From Callorhinchus milii (taxonomy: Eukaryota): DNA of 64,000 nt. The translations under genes and the position numbers were made by a program. Position 1 is the first letter of the stretch; each line of letters opens with the position of its first letter. Location: positions 682,001 through 746,000 of the forward strand of contig NW_024704771.1 of assembly GCF_018977255.1 (NCBI RefSeq), given 5' to 3'. Shown here piece by piece: positions 50,960 through 62,929 of the stretch. The notes beneath the pieces are model-generated. The model was not told the DNA's origin and ran no database searches. It was given only the letters and a program-made list of their open reading frames with translations.

Positions 50960-53125
50960 TCCACTGAGACACACAGTGTGACACACACTGTACATTCAGA
51001 GACACACATACTCTCTCTCTGTCCCACACTCATATACACACGATGTCACACACTGAGACACACCCTCTCACACTCTCTCTCTCTCTCTCTCTCTAACTGC
51101 ATTATGCACTGTAAACACAACCTTATACACTCTGTCGCACACACTAAACACACATGTGCTCTTTCTGTTTCACATACGCTGTACACACAGTCTGATACTC
51201 TGTCACACGCACACACTGTACACACTGAGATAAAGTGTCACACACACTACACACACGATGTCACAAACACTACACTGAGATACACACTATCACACATACT
51301 ATACACACTGTCACACATACTATACACACTGTCACACACACTGAGACAGTGTCACACACACTGTCCACACTAAGAAAACACTGTCACACACTGTACAAAC
51401 ACTGAGACACACTGTCACACACACACACTGTGTACATTGAGACACACTGTCACACACACACTGTGTAGACTGAGCCACAGTCACACACACACTGTGTACA
51501 TTGAGACACATTGTCACACACACACTGTGTAGACTGAGCCACAGTCACACACACACTGTGTACATTGAGACACACTGTCACACACACACTCTATCACATA
51601 CGCAATGTACATATATACACACACACGTGTACACTCGCTGTGCACACACATACACTCTTGAACACATCCTCTCTCTCTGTGCACACACACACTCTTGTAC
51701 TCTCTCTGTGCAAAAACACACTGTTGCACATTGTCTCTGTACACACACACATTGTTTTACACTTTCTCTCTCTGTGCACACACACTCTTGTTCAATCTCT
51801 CTGTGTGCACACAGACATTTTTATACACTCTCAGTGTATGAACCACACTCTTATACACACATTCTCTCTTTCTCTCTGTGCACACACACACACACTGGTA
51901 CACAATCTCTCTCTCTGTGCACACACACACTCTCTCTGTGCACACAGTCTTGTACTCTCTCTGAACACACATACACACTCTCTACCACATACATAATGTA
52001 CACACACACTCTTACAAACAATCTTGTACACTCTCTCTCTCTCTGCACACACTGACACACACTCTCTCTCTGCACACATTCTTGTACACACTCTCTCTCT
52101 GCACACATTCTCTCTACACACACACTTGTACACACTCTCTGCACACACACTGTTGTACATTCTCTCTCTCTGTACACACACAGTCTAACACAGACTCTCT
52201 CTCTGTGCACATACACTCTCTGCACACGTACTGTTGTACACTCTATCTGTCTGTGCACACACAACAGTCTTGTACAGACTCTCTCTCTCTCTATGTGCAC
52301 ACACATACACTCTGTGTGCACACACACTCTCTCTGTGCACACACACACTCTCTATCTCTCTGCACACACATTGTTGTACACTCTCTCTGTGCACACACAA
52401 CAGTCTTGTACAGACTCTCTCTCTCTCTCTGCACACACACTGTTGTACTCTCTCTCTGTGCACACACTCTGTCTGCACACACACTGTCTGCACACACACT
52501 GTTGTACACTCTATCTCTCTGTGCACACACAACAGTCTTGTACAGACTCTCTCTTTCTGTGCACACGCACACACTCTCTCTGCACATACAAACTCTCTGT
52601 GCACACTCTCTATCTCTCTGCACACACACTGTTGTACACTGTATCTGTCTGTGCACACACAGCAGTCTTGTACATAATTTCTCTCTGTGCACACATTCTC
52701 TCTCTCTGCACACACACTCTCTATCTCTCACACCATGTCCTCTCTCTTGCACACACAACAGTCTTGTACAGACTCTCTCTCTCTCTCTGCACACACACGC
52801 ACTCTCTCTCTGCGCACACACACTCTCTCTGCACACACACTCTCTCTGCACACACTCTGTTGTACTCTCTCTCTCTCTCTGCACACACACTGTTGTACTC
52901 TCTCTCTGTGCACACACTCTGTCTGCACACACACTCTGTCTGCACACACACTGTTGTACACTCTCTCTCTCTGTGCACACAACAGTCTTGTACAGACTCT
53001 CTCTCTGTGCACACACATACACACTCTGTGCACACACACGCTCTCTCTGTGCACATACACACTCTTTATCTCTCTGCACACACACTGTTATACACACACA
53101 CTCTCTCTCTCTGTACACACACATA
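50960..53125. repeat. CA/CT low-complexity tract with higher-order TGCACACAC...TTGTACA units
   Basis: Visible directly. Confidence 0.9.
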
Positions 53126-53219
53126 GATCAGATGAAGGAAATTTCTCAGAAAACGATGTGTTTTAACAAACCCGGAAATTAAGCAGTTGCTGTTTTTGCT
53201 GCGGAACTGAAGGTAACTG

Positions 53220-54018
53220 TGAGGAGTGACCAGACAGCAATGTGAGGAGTCACCAGACAGCAATGTGAGGAGTGACCAGGCCAGACGGCAATGTGAGGAG
53301 TGACCGGGCCAGACAGCAATGTGAGGAGTGACTGGGCCAGACAGCAATGTGAGGAGTGACCGGGCCAGACAGCAATGTGAGGAGTGACCGGGCCAGACAG
53401 CAATGTGAGAGTGACCGGGCCAGACAGCAGTGTGAGGAGTGACCAGGCCAGACAGCAATGTGAGGAGTGACCAGGCCAGACAGCATGAGGTTGACCGGCC
53501 AGACCAATGTGAGGAGTGACCGGCCAGACAGCAATGTGAGGAGTGACCGGGCCAGACAGCAATGTGAGGAGTGACCGGGCCAGACAGCAATGTGAGGAGT
53601 GACCAGGCCAGACAGCAATGTGAGGAGTGACCGGGCCAGACAGCAATGTGAGGAGTGACCGGGCCAGACAGCAATGTGAGGAGTGACCAGGCCAGACAGC
53701 AATGTGAGGAGTGACCGGGCCAGACAGCAATGTGAGGAGTGACCGGGCCAGACAGCAATGTGAGGAGTGACCGGGCCAGACAGCAATGTGAGGAGTGACC
53801 GGGCCAGACAGCAATGTGAGGAGTGACCGGGCCAGACAGCAATGTGAGGAGTGACCGGGCCAGACAGCAATGTGAGGAGTGACCGGGACAGACAGCAATG
53901 TGAGGAGTGACCGGGCCAGACAGCAATGTGAGGAGTGACCAGGCCAGACGGCAATGTGAGGAGTGACCGGGCCAGACGGCAATGTGAGGAGTGACCAGGC
54001 CAGACAGCAATGTGAGGA
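53220..54018. repeat. 28-nt minisatellite GAGGAGTGACC(G/A)GGCCAGACAGCAATGT (about 28 copies)
   Basis: 28-nt period, which gives the 28-aa periodicity in the minus-strand ORFs. Confidence 0.95.
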
Positions 54019-54298
54019 GCTGCTGTCAACATCAACACTGAACATCACAGGACTTTTCCCCACTTTATATTGTGGGGAATATTTGAGCTGCACTTTCCCT
54101 GTTTGTGGGGCTATAACCAGATTCCCACAGAAACCGAAACCTCTGGACATCGCCATTCCGGACACACGATTAATTTACTGTTAACAGTGAAGATTCTTCT
54201 CTTTCAGAACAAAGCCTCAACAGTCAGTGTCGAAAATTGTTATTTTACCCTTAAAATAACGCCTTAACTTTACTGCGATTCCAGTTACAGGATTCACT

Positions 54299-54312
54299 GG
54301 TTTCACTTTCAC
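54299..54312. promoter_or_regulatory. ISRE/IRF-element-like motif upstream of butyrophilin
   Basis: GGTTTCACTTTCAC fits RGTTTCNNTTTC (reverse strand GAAAGTGAAACC), about 510 nt before the BTN ATG. Confidence 0.5.
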
Positions 54313-54824
54313 ATGTGGTGATGTGGAGTTTAAATGTGAAATAAATGTTCTCTATTGTCAGGTTTGTGTCAGTACTAAAGCGGGAGCTCTGCAGTCAGTT
54401 TATTCCCAGTTTGTGGTTTAAACGCTGAGAATTGGAGGCAAGTGAGGAGGGAAGGGAATGGGAGCTCCTCTCTGACCTGCACCATGTTGGGGTGAATAAG
54501 GAGCGGCTGTGAGGAGGGGGAGGGGAGGGGCACATTACAGCAGTTACACATAACATGTTTCTTCCCCAAACCATCTCATGGAGACCCCCAGTGCGGGGCC
54601 AGGGGGGGCCTCACTGTCACAGTTAAAGATCCCACATCACTATTCCAACAGAGAAGGCAGTTTGTTCGCTGTGGGTGTAAATGCAAAGAACATGTTGTAA
54701 GATCACAGAGTTATTAATTATGTTTTATATTTTATTGATTATATTTGATCACAAATCTCTGTGTGTAATGATCTGATTTGCTGTGTTGTAACCAGTTCTG
54801 ATCTCATTGTGAAGGTCCTCGAAG

Positions 54825-57800
54825 ATGAGCTGCAAACACTGTATTCAGGTCCTGTGGCTTGTGCTTCCCCTCTCACTGACTGGTAAGGAAACACATTGAA
54901 TCTGTTTGATTTCTGTTGGTGCTAAATTGCTGAAGATAAAGGTAAATGATGTGCACAATCTGGTTGCCGCCTTTCCTCCACAAAATACAGTCAGAGCGCT
55001 TTACAGTATATCCTATGAAGATTTTGAGACTTCTCAGCGATGTGATAATCATAGAATAATCAGAAAATCATAGAATTATACAGTACGAAAGGAGGCCATT
55101 CAGCCCAGCGGGCCAACTCTTTTAAAAGTGCTATCCAAATCAATCCCAATCCCTCGCTCTCTCCCCATAGCGCCGCAAACTTGTCCTTCCCAAATAATTA
55201 TTTATAAGGTGCTATATCAAATGTAAGGATTATTATTGTTATCTCAGCGACGGAGTTTGTCTGAGTCAATGACTGAAAATCCTAACTGTATCCATTGTTT
55301 GTTATTAAGCAGAGAGATTCACAGTCAGTGGCCCGGCCCTCCCTGTCCCAGCCATTGCTGGTTCAGATGTTGTCCTGGACTGTAAGTGTTCCATAGACCT
55401 GCCACGAGAGGGTGTGGAGGTGAGATGGTTCAGGACAAGATACGACTCCCCTGTGCACTTATACAAGGAGGGACGACAGCAACTGGAAACACAGGATGAA
55501 GCCTACAGACACAGAACACAACTGTTTGTAGAGGAGTTTATCAACGGCGATGTGTCTCTCAGACTGGGAGATGTGCGGGTGTCAGATAACGGAGAGTACA
55601 CATGTTTGGTTAGATACGCCCGATTGTATGAAGAGGCAGAGATAGAGTTGAAAGTTATAGGTCAGTAATGTTTATAATTCATTTTACTTCATGTAATCTG
55701 TGTGTACAAACATTCATTTATTTGTTAATGTTATGTTCAAAATGCAATACTTTATATAAACAAGAACAAGTTTTCATTGGTGTAAATGTATTCAGAATGT
55801 TGTGGCCTTCAGTAAAGTTACTGCTCTGTAATGTCCGGGTATTAATATTGTCTGATTCACGTCTCCTGTCTTCCAGGCCTTGGCAGTCAGCCTTGGATTC
55901 ACGTTGATGGGCAGCACAGTGATGGTGTGAGGCTGCGGTGTGAATCCAGTGGATGGTTCCCAGCACCAGAGGTTCTGTGGTTTGATGATCAGGGAAACAA
56001 CTTAACAACACTCAGTAACTGGACGGTCAGAGAGGATTCTAAAGGTCTCTTCAGTGTTAAAGGCCAAATAGAAATAATCTATTCAACCAACAAGATCAGG
56101 TGTCTGATTCACAATGAAGAAAATGAACAAGAAGGAAAACTCCAAATCTCAGGTCAGTAAATACACTGAATTATTAACAATAGTCTGATAGATATGATGC
56201 AGATTTGGAGTTCTACAGAATTGGGGCAGAAATATGGAGTTAACCGATTACAGAGATAGGGAGAAGCAGGACCATGGAGGGCTTTGGAGGCAGTGAATCT
56301 TCTTATTACAAACTGAAATGACCGCAGTACTCCAGCTCACCCACCCTTCCTGCTAACCTACTTAAGCTGCTGATTACATTGTGAATGAATCAATACTTCA
56401 TAACTCACAGCCAACATTGCTTCAGAAAAGGCAAATGTTGCTGATCCACCTCACAGTGAAGGGAAGACTCCAAGTTAAGAGCTGAGAAGCTACAGGACAA
56501 CAACAACAAATGAAATGGGGGCAAATAAAGCTATTTGTGTTTGACATCCAATTTGACATCCATTTGTGTTTGACATCTTCCTCGGTAGCAAAAACAGTAG
56601 AGCGGGTTATTTTTTAGAAGGGGAGAGATTGGAATGTGTCAGTGTCCAGAGGGACTCGGGTGTCCTTGTACACCAGTCACAGAAAGTCAGTCTGCAGGTG
56701 CAGCAGCAATTAGGAAGGGGAACGGTGTGTTAGCATTCAGTATGAAAGGATTAGAGTATAAGAGTAGGGAAGTGTTGCTGCCACTGTATAGGGCTCTGGT
56801 GAGACCACACCTGGAATACTGGGGGCAGTTTTGGTCTTCTCATTTAAGGGAGGATGTACTTGCCTCGGAGGGGTGCAGCGTAGATTTACTGGGTTAGTAC
56901 CAGGGATGAAGGGGATGAGTTACGAGGAGAGGCTGAACAATTTGGGCCTCTATTCTGTGGAATATAGAAGAATTAGAGGGGATCTTACAGAAACCTATAA
57001 GATCATCAAAGGGCAGATAGAGTAGATAGTGGGAGATTGTGTCCCCGGTTGGAGAAACTAAAACCAGGGTCACAACCTTAAAATCAGAGGCAGCCCTTTC
57101 GCACTGAGTTGAGGAAGAACTTCGTCACTCAAAGGGCAGTGAATGTATGGAACTCACTGTCTCAAAGGCCTGTTGACGCTCAGTCCTTGAACATATTCAA
57201 GACTGAGATGGATAGATTTCTTCTTGCAAAAGGTATTAAGGGATATGGGGATAAGGCAGCGTCAGGTTATTATGTGGAGTTAGATTAGCAGATCAGCCAT
57301 GATTGAATGGCAGGGCAGGCTCGAAGGGCCGATTGGCCTCCTCCTGCTCCTACATGTTATGTTATGACATCAGAATAGATGTTTAAATGTCTATTTACAT
57401 TCCTTGACAGACGAGTTCTTTCCCAAAGTGCCAGTGGGTTTGGTGGTTTCCGCACTGCTCTTAGGACTTGCCATATTGGTGCTGAGTGTTCTTGTCCCCT
57501 ACAGTGTAAAACAGCGCCGAGAGATCAAAGGTACGTTCCCATCAGTAACATCTCCCATCACAACACTGTTACTGTTTGTGTAAGAATGTGCAAGTTCTAT
57601 AAAACAATTGGTCCCTCCCTTCACTCAGTGACCCCCGGCCTGTTTCATGTCACCGCCTGATCCTCCCTCCCCACCATCAGCAGCTCAGGCTTTCAGCCTC
57701 TCTGCCCCCACTCTCTGCAACTCAAGCCAAGAATCCTTCCGATTCGCCCCCTCCCTCCGCCCCCTCCATCACCTCTTTCAAGGCCTGTCCCATGACCTTC

Positions 57801-60800
57801 CTCATTCTGCATTTTCAGTTAATTTTACCCTCTCACCCGTTCCCCCCCACCCCAACCCCAGCTCAGACCCCAGCTCAGACCCCAGCTCAGCCCCCAGCTC
57901 AGACCCCAGCTCAGATCCCAGCTCAGACCCCAGCTCAGACCCCAGCTCAGATCCCAGCTCAGATCCCAGCTCAGATCCCAGCTCAGACTCCAGCTCAGAC
58001 CCCGGCTCAGACCCCAGCTCAGACCTCAGTTCAGACCCCAGCTCAGATCCCAGCTCAGACCCCTTCTCAGATCCCAGCTCAGACCCCAGGTCAGCCCCCA
58101 GCTCAGATCCCAGCTCAGATCCCAGCTCAGACCCCAGTCAGCATTCTGAGGGCTTTGGGATATCTCCCGCTGTGGAAGGTGCTGTGTAAATGTAAATGTT
58201 ATTGTAATTCAAACCTCCTGTAATTGTGTTGAGCTGCACTTTGTGTAGTTTCTAACTGTTAATGTTGTAAACATGTAGACTGAGCATTAAACAATACTGG
58301 ATTCAGGAGCGGTTTCTAACAGTTTTGTTTTGTATCCTCCAGATCTTGAGAAGAGAGTGGGTAAGTCATCAAAATAAAATAACGATTTCACGTTGTGATT
58401 AACCTCATTCACAAGCTTCACACAAAGCAGACATAGTTCATAGAATCATAGAATTGAACAGCACAAAAAAGAGGGCATTCGGCCCATAGAGTCTGTGTCG
58501 GCTCTTTGAAAAGAGCAATGTAATGTCAGTCCCACTCTCCAGCCCTTTCCCCATAACCTGCAAACCCGTCCTCCTCAAATATCATCCATCGCGTTTTTAA
58601 AAGCTGTTATCGTATCGGCCTCGACTGCCATCTCAGGCAATGCATTCCAGATTCGAACAACTCGCTGCGTGAAAACATTTCTTCTCACCTCCCCTCGGCT
58701 TCTTTTAGAGACTATTTTAAATCTGTGAACTCGAGTCACCGACACCCACCAGTGGGAACAGTTTTTCCCTTTCTAACCTATCAAATCCCCTCATGATATT
58801 GAAGACCTCTATTAGGTCCTCGTAACCTTCTCTGCTCCAATGAGAATAATCCTAACCTCTCCAGCCTTTCCTCATAATCAAGGTCCCTCATTCCTGGTAC
58901 CATCCTCGTAAATCTCCTCTGCACTCTTTCCAATGCCTTAACATCCTTCCTATAGTGCGGTGCCCAGAACTGGGCGCAGTATTCTAACTGAGGCCTAACC
59001 AGTGTTTATATAGGTTAATCATAACCTTCTGACTCGTGTACTCTATGCCCCTATTTATAAAGCCTAGTATCCCATATGCCCTTTTTACAGCCTTATCTCC
59101 CTGTCCTGCTACCTTCAAGGATTCATTTACTTGCACCCCCCGGTCTATCTGTTCATTTATCCCCTTAAGATTGTATGACCAGCCTATATGGCCTCCCCTC
59201 ATTCTTTCCACCAAAATGCAATACCTCACATTTCTCCACATTAAAATTCATCTGCCATGTGTCGCCCATTTTACCATTCTGTCTGTGTCTTCCTGCAGTT
59301 GGCTCCTATCCTTCTCACTGTTTACCTAACTTTGTGTCGTCCGCAAACTTGGAAATGGTGCTTGCTATACCCAAGTCCAGATCACTTATGTTATAGTTTG
59401 CCAACAAAATACACAGTCACTACACTCTCCAGTAAATCCTGCGAAATGCTTTTGAGGAGCCAAATCTATTTCAAGGATTATTATTATAGAATAACAACAA
59501 CTTGCACTTGTATAGTGCCCTCCACGCAGGATGGCACCTCAGATCGCTGAACAGAGACAGAGCGTGATCCTGAGCCGGGCCGGGGGGGGAGTTGGTGGGA
59601 GCTGACTATAAGCACAGTCGAAAAGAAAGGTTTTCAGGTGGGACTTGAAAAGGGGGAGAGAGAGGACAAGGCGGAGGGTTTGAGGGAGAGTGTTCCAGAG
59701 TTTTGGGGCGTAGTGGCTGAACGCACGATTTCCAATGGTGGAGCGGAGGGCAGTAGACAGGGAAGTAGACAGGTGTATGAGGGATAGAGACTTGAAGGGG
59801 TTAATGATAGGGCGGGGCAGCTGTTGTTAACACTTTGCTCTGAGAGCCCATATAGACTCGATGGTGAATGGCCTCCTTCTGGGCTGTAAATTTCAATGAT
59901 TCTATTCCATGAATTATTACAGAGTGTTTAACTCCAAACATTGGTCTGTTTCACAGCTTCAACTTTCCCTTTTCTTCCCTCAGACAACATTGGTTTGTGA
60001 ACACACACACATTGAGGGGTCAACGAGTGAGGGAGTGTGAGAGGGAGGGAGGGAGTGTGAGAGGGAGGCAGAGAAGGAAGGAGTGAGTTAGGGAGGGAAG
60101 GAAATGAGTGATGGGGGGAGGGAGTGAGAAGGGGGAGGGAGAGATAGAGAGAGGGATGGAGGAAGGGAGGGAGGAGGAGGTAAAGAGAGAGGGCAGGATG
60201 GAAAGGAGGAGGGAGAGAGAGAGAGGAGGAAGCAGTGAGAGGGGAAAGGAATAAGTGAGAGTGGGAGGGAGTGAGTGAAAGAGGGAGCGAGAGGGAGGGA
60301 GAGGAAGGGAGGGAGGAGGAGGTAATGAGAGAAGGCGGGAGGGAAAGGAGGAGGGAATGAGAGAGGGAGGGAGGGAGGAAGTGAGAGATTGAGGGAGTGA
60401 GAGAGGGAGAGCGAGAGGGAGAAAATGCGAGAGAGAGGTAGGGAGTGAGAGAGAGAGGGGAAGTGACTGAGAGATGGAGGGAATGAGTTAAAGAGAGTGA
60501 GGGAGAGAAAGAGGGAGGGAGGGAAAGTGATGAGGTTTGGAGCTGCCAAACGTCTGATCACTTGTTTCTTGTTGGTTCCAGAGTTGAAAAGGATTCGTGA
60601 GTCTGCAGGTAAGAGTCTGAGTGACCGAGCAAACAACATCCAACACACTGACCCACCCCACACACTCGATCACATCACCACCACAACACACAGACCCTCA
60701 CCCCCCCGCGCATCCCACCCCCCCGCGCATTCCGCCACCCACGCATCCCCCCCAAACATCCCCCCCCACGCATCCCCCCCACACGCATACCGCCCCCTCA

Positions 60801-62615
60801 TGCATCCTTCACCACACGCATCCCCCCCCAGCATCCACACCCCACACGCATTCCCCCCCCACCCCGCGCATCCCCACCGCTGCATGCATCCCACACCCGC
60901 GCGCACCCCCCAACCGTGCGCACACCCCCGCGCGCATCTCCCGCCCCCGCGTGCATCTCCACCCCCCACCCCCGTGTGCATTCCCCCCCCGTGTGCATAC
61001 CCCCCCACGCGCATCTCCCCCCACCCGCGTGTATCCCCCACCCGCGTGTATCCCCCACTCACGCGCTTCCCCCCCGCGCGCTTCCCCAACCACGCGCATC
61101 CCCCTCGCGCATCCCCCCTCGCGCATCCCCCCCACGTGCATCCCTTCCCCACACGCACCCTCACGAACTCACCCCTCACATCCACCTTCACGACCCCCCC
61201 GCACACGCACTCTCACAACCCCCCGCACACGTACCCTCACGACCCCCCCCACTCACACCCTCACGACCCCCCCCACTCGCACCCTCACGACCACCCCCAC
61301 TCGCACCCTCACGACCCCCCCCACTCGCACCCTCACAACCCCCCCCACTCGGACCCTCACGACCCCCCCACCGCACACTAAAGAAACCACCACGCACATC
61401 CTCACGACACCCCCCACACGCACCCTCACACCACCCCACACACGCACCCTCACGATCCCTCCCCCCACTCGCATCCTCACGACACCCCCCACACGCACAC
61501 TCACGACCCTCCCACATGCACCCTCACGACCCCACCCCTCACGCAACCTCACGACCCCACCCGCAGGCACCCTCACGACCCTCCCACATGCACCCTCACG
61601 ACCCCACCCCTCACGCAACCTCACGACCCCACCCGCAGGCACCCTCACGACCCCCCCACATGCACCCTCACAACCCCCCCACACGCAACCTCACAATGCC
61701 CGCCCCACACACGCACTCTCACGATCCCCACCACACACGCACCCTCACGACCCCCCCCACACACACCCACACCCTCACGAACCCGCCCACACACCCACAC
61801 CCTCACAATCCCCCCCACACATGCACACCCTCCCATTCCCCCCCACACACATCCTCACGTCCCCCCTCACACACCCTCATGCCCCCCTCACACACCCTCA
61901 CAACCCCCCACACACACCCACACATTCCCCCCCACACGAATCCCTCCCCCACAGACACACAGACTCTCAGCCTTTTTGCGGATTCTGTTCCCAGGAGATG
62001 TCGATGTTTTACACAAAGGCTTCTCTCCCGGTGACGACGCTGAAGATCATCTTATTTATGATTGTAAATGTATACGACAATAATGGTCTGATTCTCCCTC
62101 CAGTTACAGTCACTCTGGATCCTGACACAGCCCATCGTCAGCTCATCCTGTCTGAGGACCTGACCAGTGTGAGACACGGAGACGAAGAGCAGCCGCTCCC
62201 TGACTCCCCGAAGAGGTTTAGTAACTATCCCATTGTCCTGGGATCTGAGGGCTTCACATCGGGGAGACATTACTGGGAGGTGCAGGTGGGCAACAAGAGA
62301 GAGTGGATTGTGGGATTGGCCGCAGAGTCTGTCAACAGGAAACAACCAATCACTTGGTCACCACAGGGTGGGGTCTGGGGGGTGTGGCTGAGGGCTGGGG
62401 TCTATGATGCTCTGACGTCACCCCCCACCCGCCTGCCCCTGACAGTGAGACCCGGGAAGGTCGGGGTTTACATGGACTATGAGGGGGGACAGGTGTCATT
62501 TTACAACGCTCACAACATGGCTCATCTCCACACTTTCACCCAAACTTTCACTGAGAAACTTTATCCTCTGTTCAGTCCCAGGTTTGGTTCTGAGCCTCTG
62601 ACAATCTGTCGGTGA
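54825..62615 (+). CDS. Butyrophilin-family protein, apparently complete. Exons: 54825-54882 (signal), 55313-55660 (IgV), 55877-56152 (IgC), 57411-57530 (TM), 58343-58360 (heptad-type), possible 59984-59992, 60582-60608, 62104-62615 (B30.2/PRY-SPRY)
   Basis: Signal [19 protein letters not shown]; 348-nt IgV ([29 protein letters not shown]); IgC ([15 protein letters not shown]); DEFFPKV plus a hydrophobic TM; ELKRIRESA; VTLDPDTAH...[12 protein letters not shown]...[17 protein letters not shown]...LYPLFSP. All introns are GT-AG phase 1 and there are no in-frame stops. Confidence 0.92.
56580..57365 (+). mobile_element. CR1 LINE 3' end in the BTN IgC-TM intron
   Basis: [27 protein letters not shown]; very similar to 47315-48125 but with different flanks. 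Confidence 0.9.
57855..58140. repeat. 12-nt minisatellite CCCAGCTCAGA(C/T)
   Basis: Direct tandem repeat. Confidence 0.9.
58440..59350 (-). mobile_element. CR1 LINE 3' portion
   Basis: [18 protein letters not shown] on the minus strand, and a CR1-type tail near 58440-58520. Confidence 0.85.
60640..61960. repeat. C/A-rich minisatellite in the last BTN intron
   Basis: CACCCTCACGACCCCCCC-type units; source of the spurious N-terminal extension of ORF 60621-62615. Confidence 0.9.
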
Positions 62616-62929
62616 CAGTTAATGAGGAGGAAAAATTGTCCATTATAATGAGGAGCAAAAACCCTCAGCCATTAACTTCATACAATGGCGGTGAAAATAT
62701 TCTTGGGTGTGGGGGGGAAGGGTGTGCACTTTAAAATGGGCATCACCCCGACCATCACCCTACACACACCCTCACATATACACCCCACCCTCACATCCCA
62801 ACACAAACACACGCTCACATTCCGCCTGCACCCCCCCCCCACCCTACCACACCCTCACATCCTCCTCCACACACACCTTCACACCCCGCCCCCACACACA
62901 ACCTACCATCCCCCCACCACACACCCTCA

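Noticed and set aside
51000-53182. His/Thr/Cys-rich long ORFs (also at 12592, 18763, 20203 and 24731)
   Set aside because: Translations of CA, CT and C-rich low-complexity DNA.
53179-54165. Long repetitive minus-strand ORFs, or a CRISPR-like array
   Set aside because: A spacer-less 28-nt tandem repeat that happens to lack stops; eukaryotic context and no cas genes.
60621-62103. N-terminal part of the 664-aa ORF
   Set aside because: It is a translated C/A-rich minisatellite; the real exon begins at the acceptor at 62103/62104.
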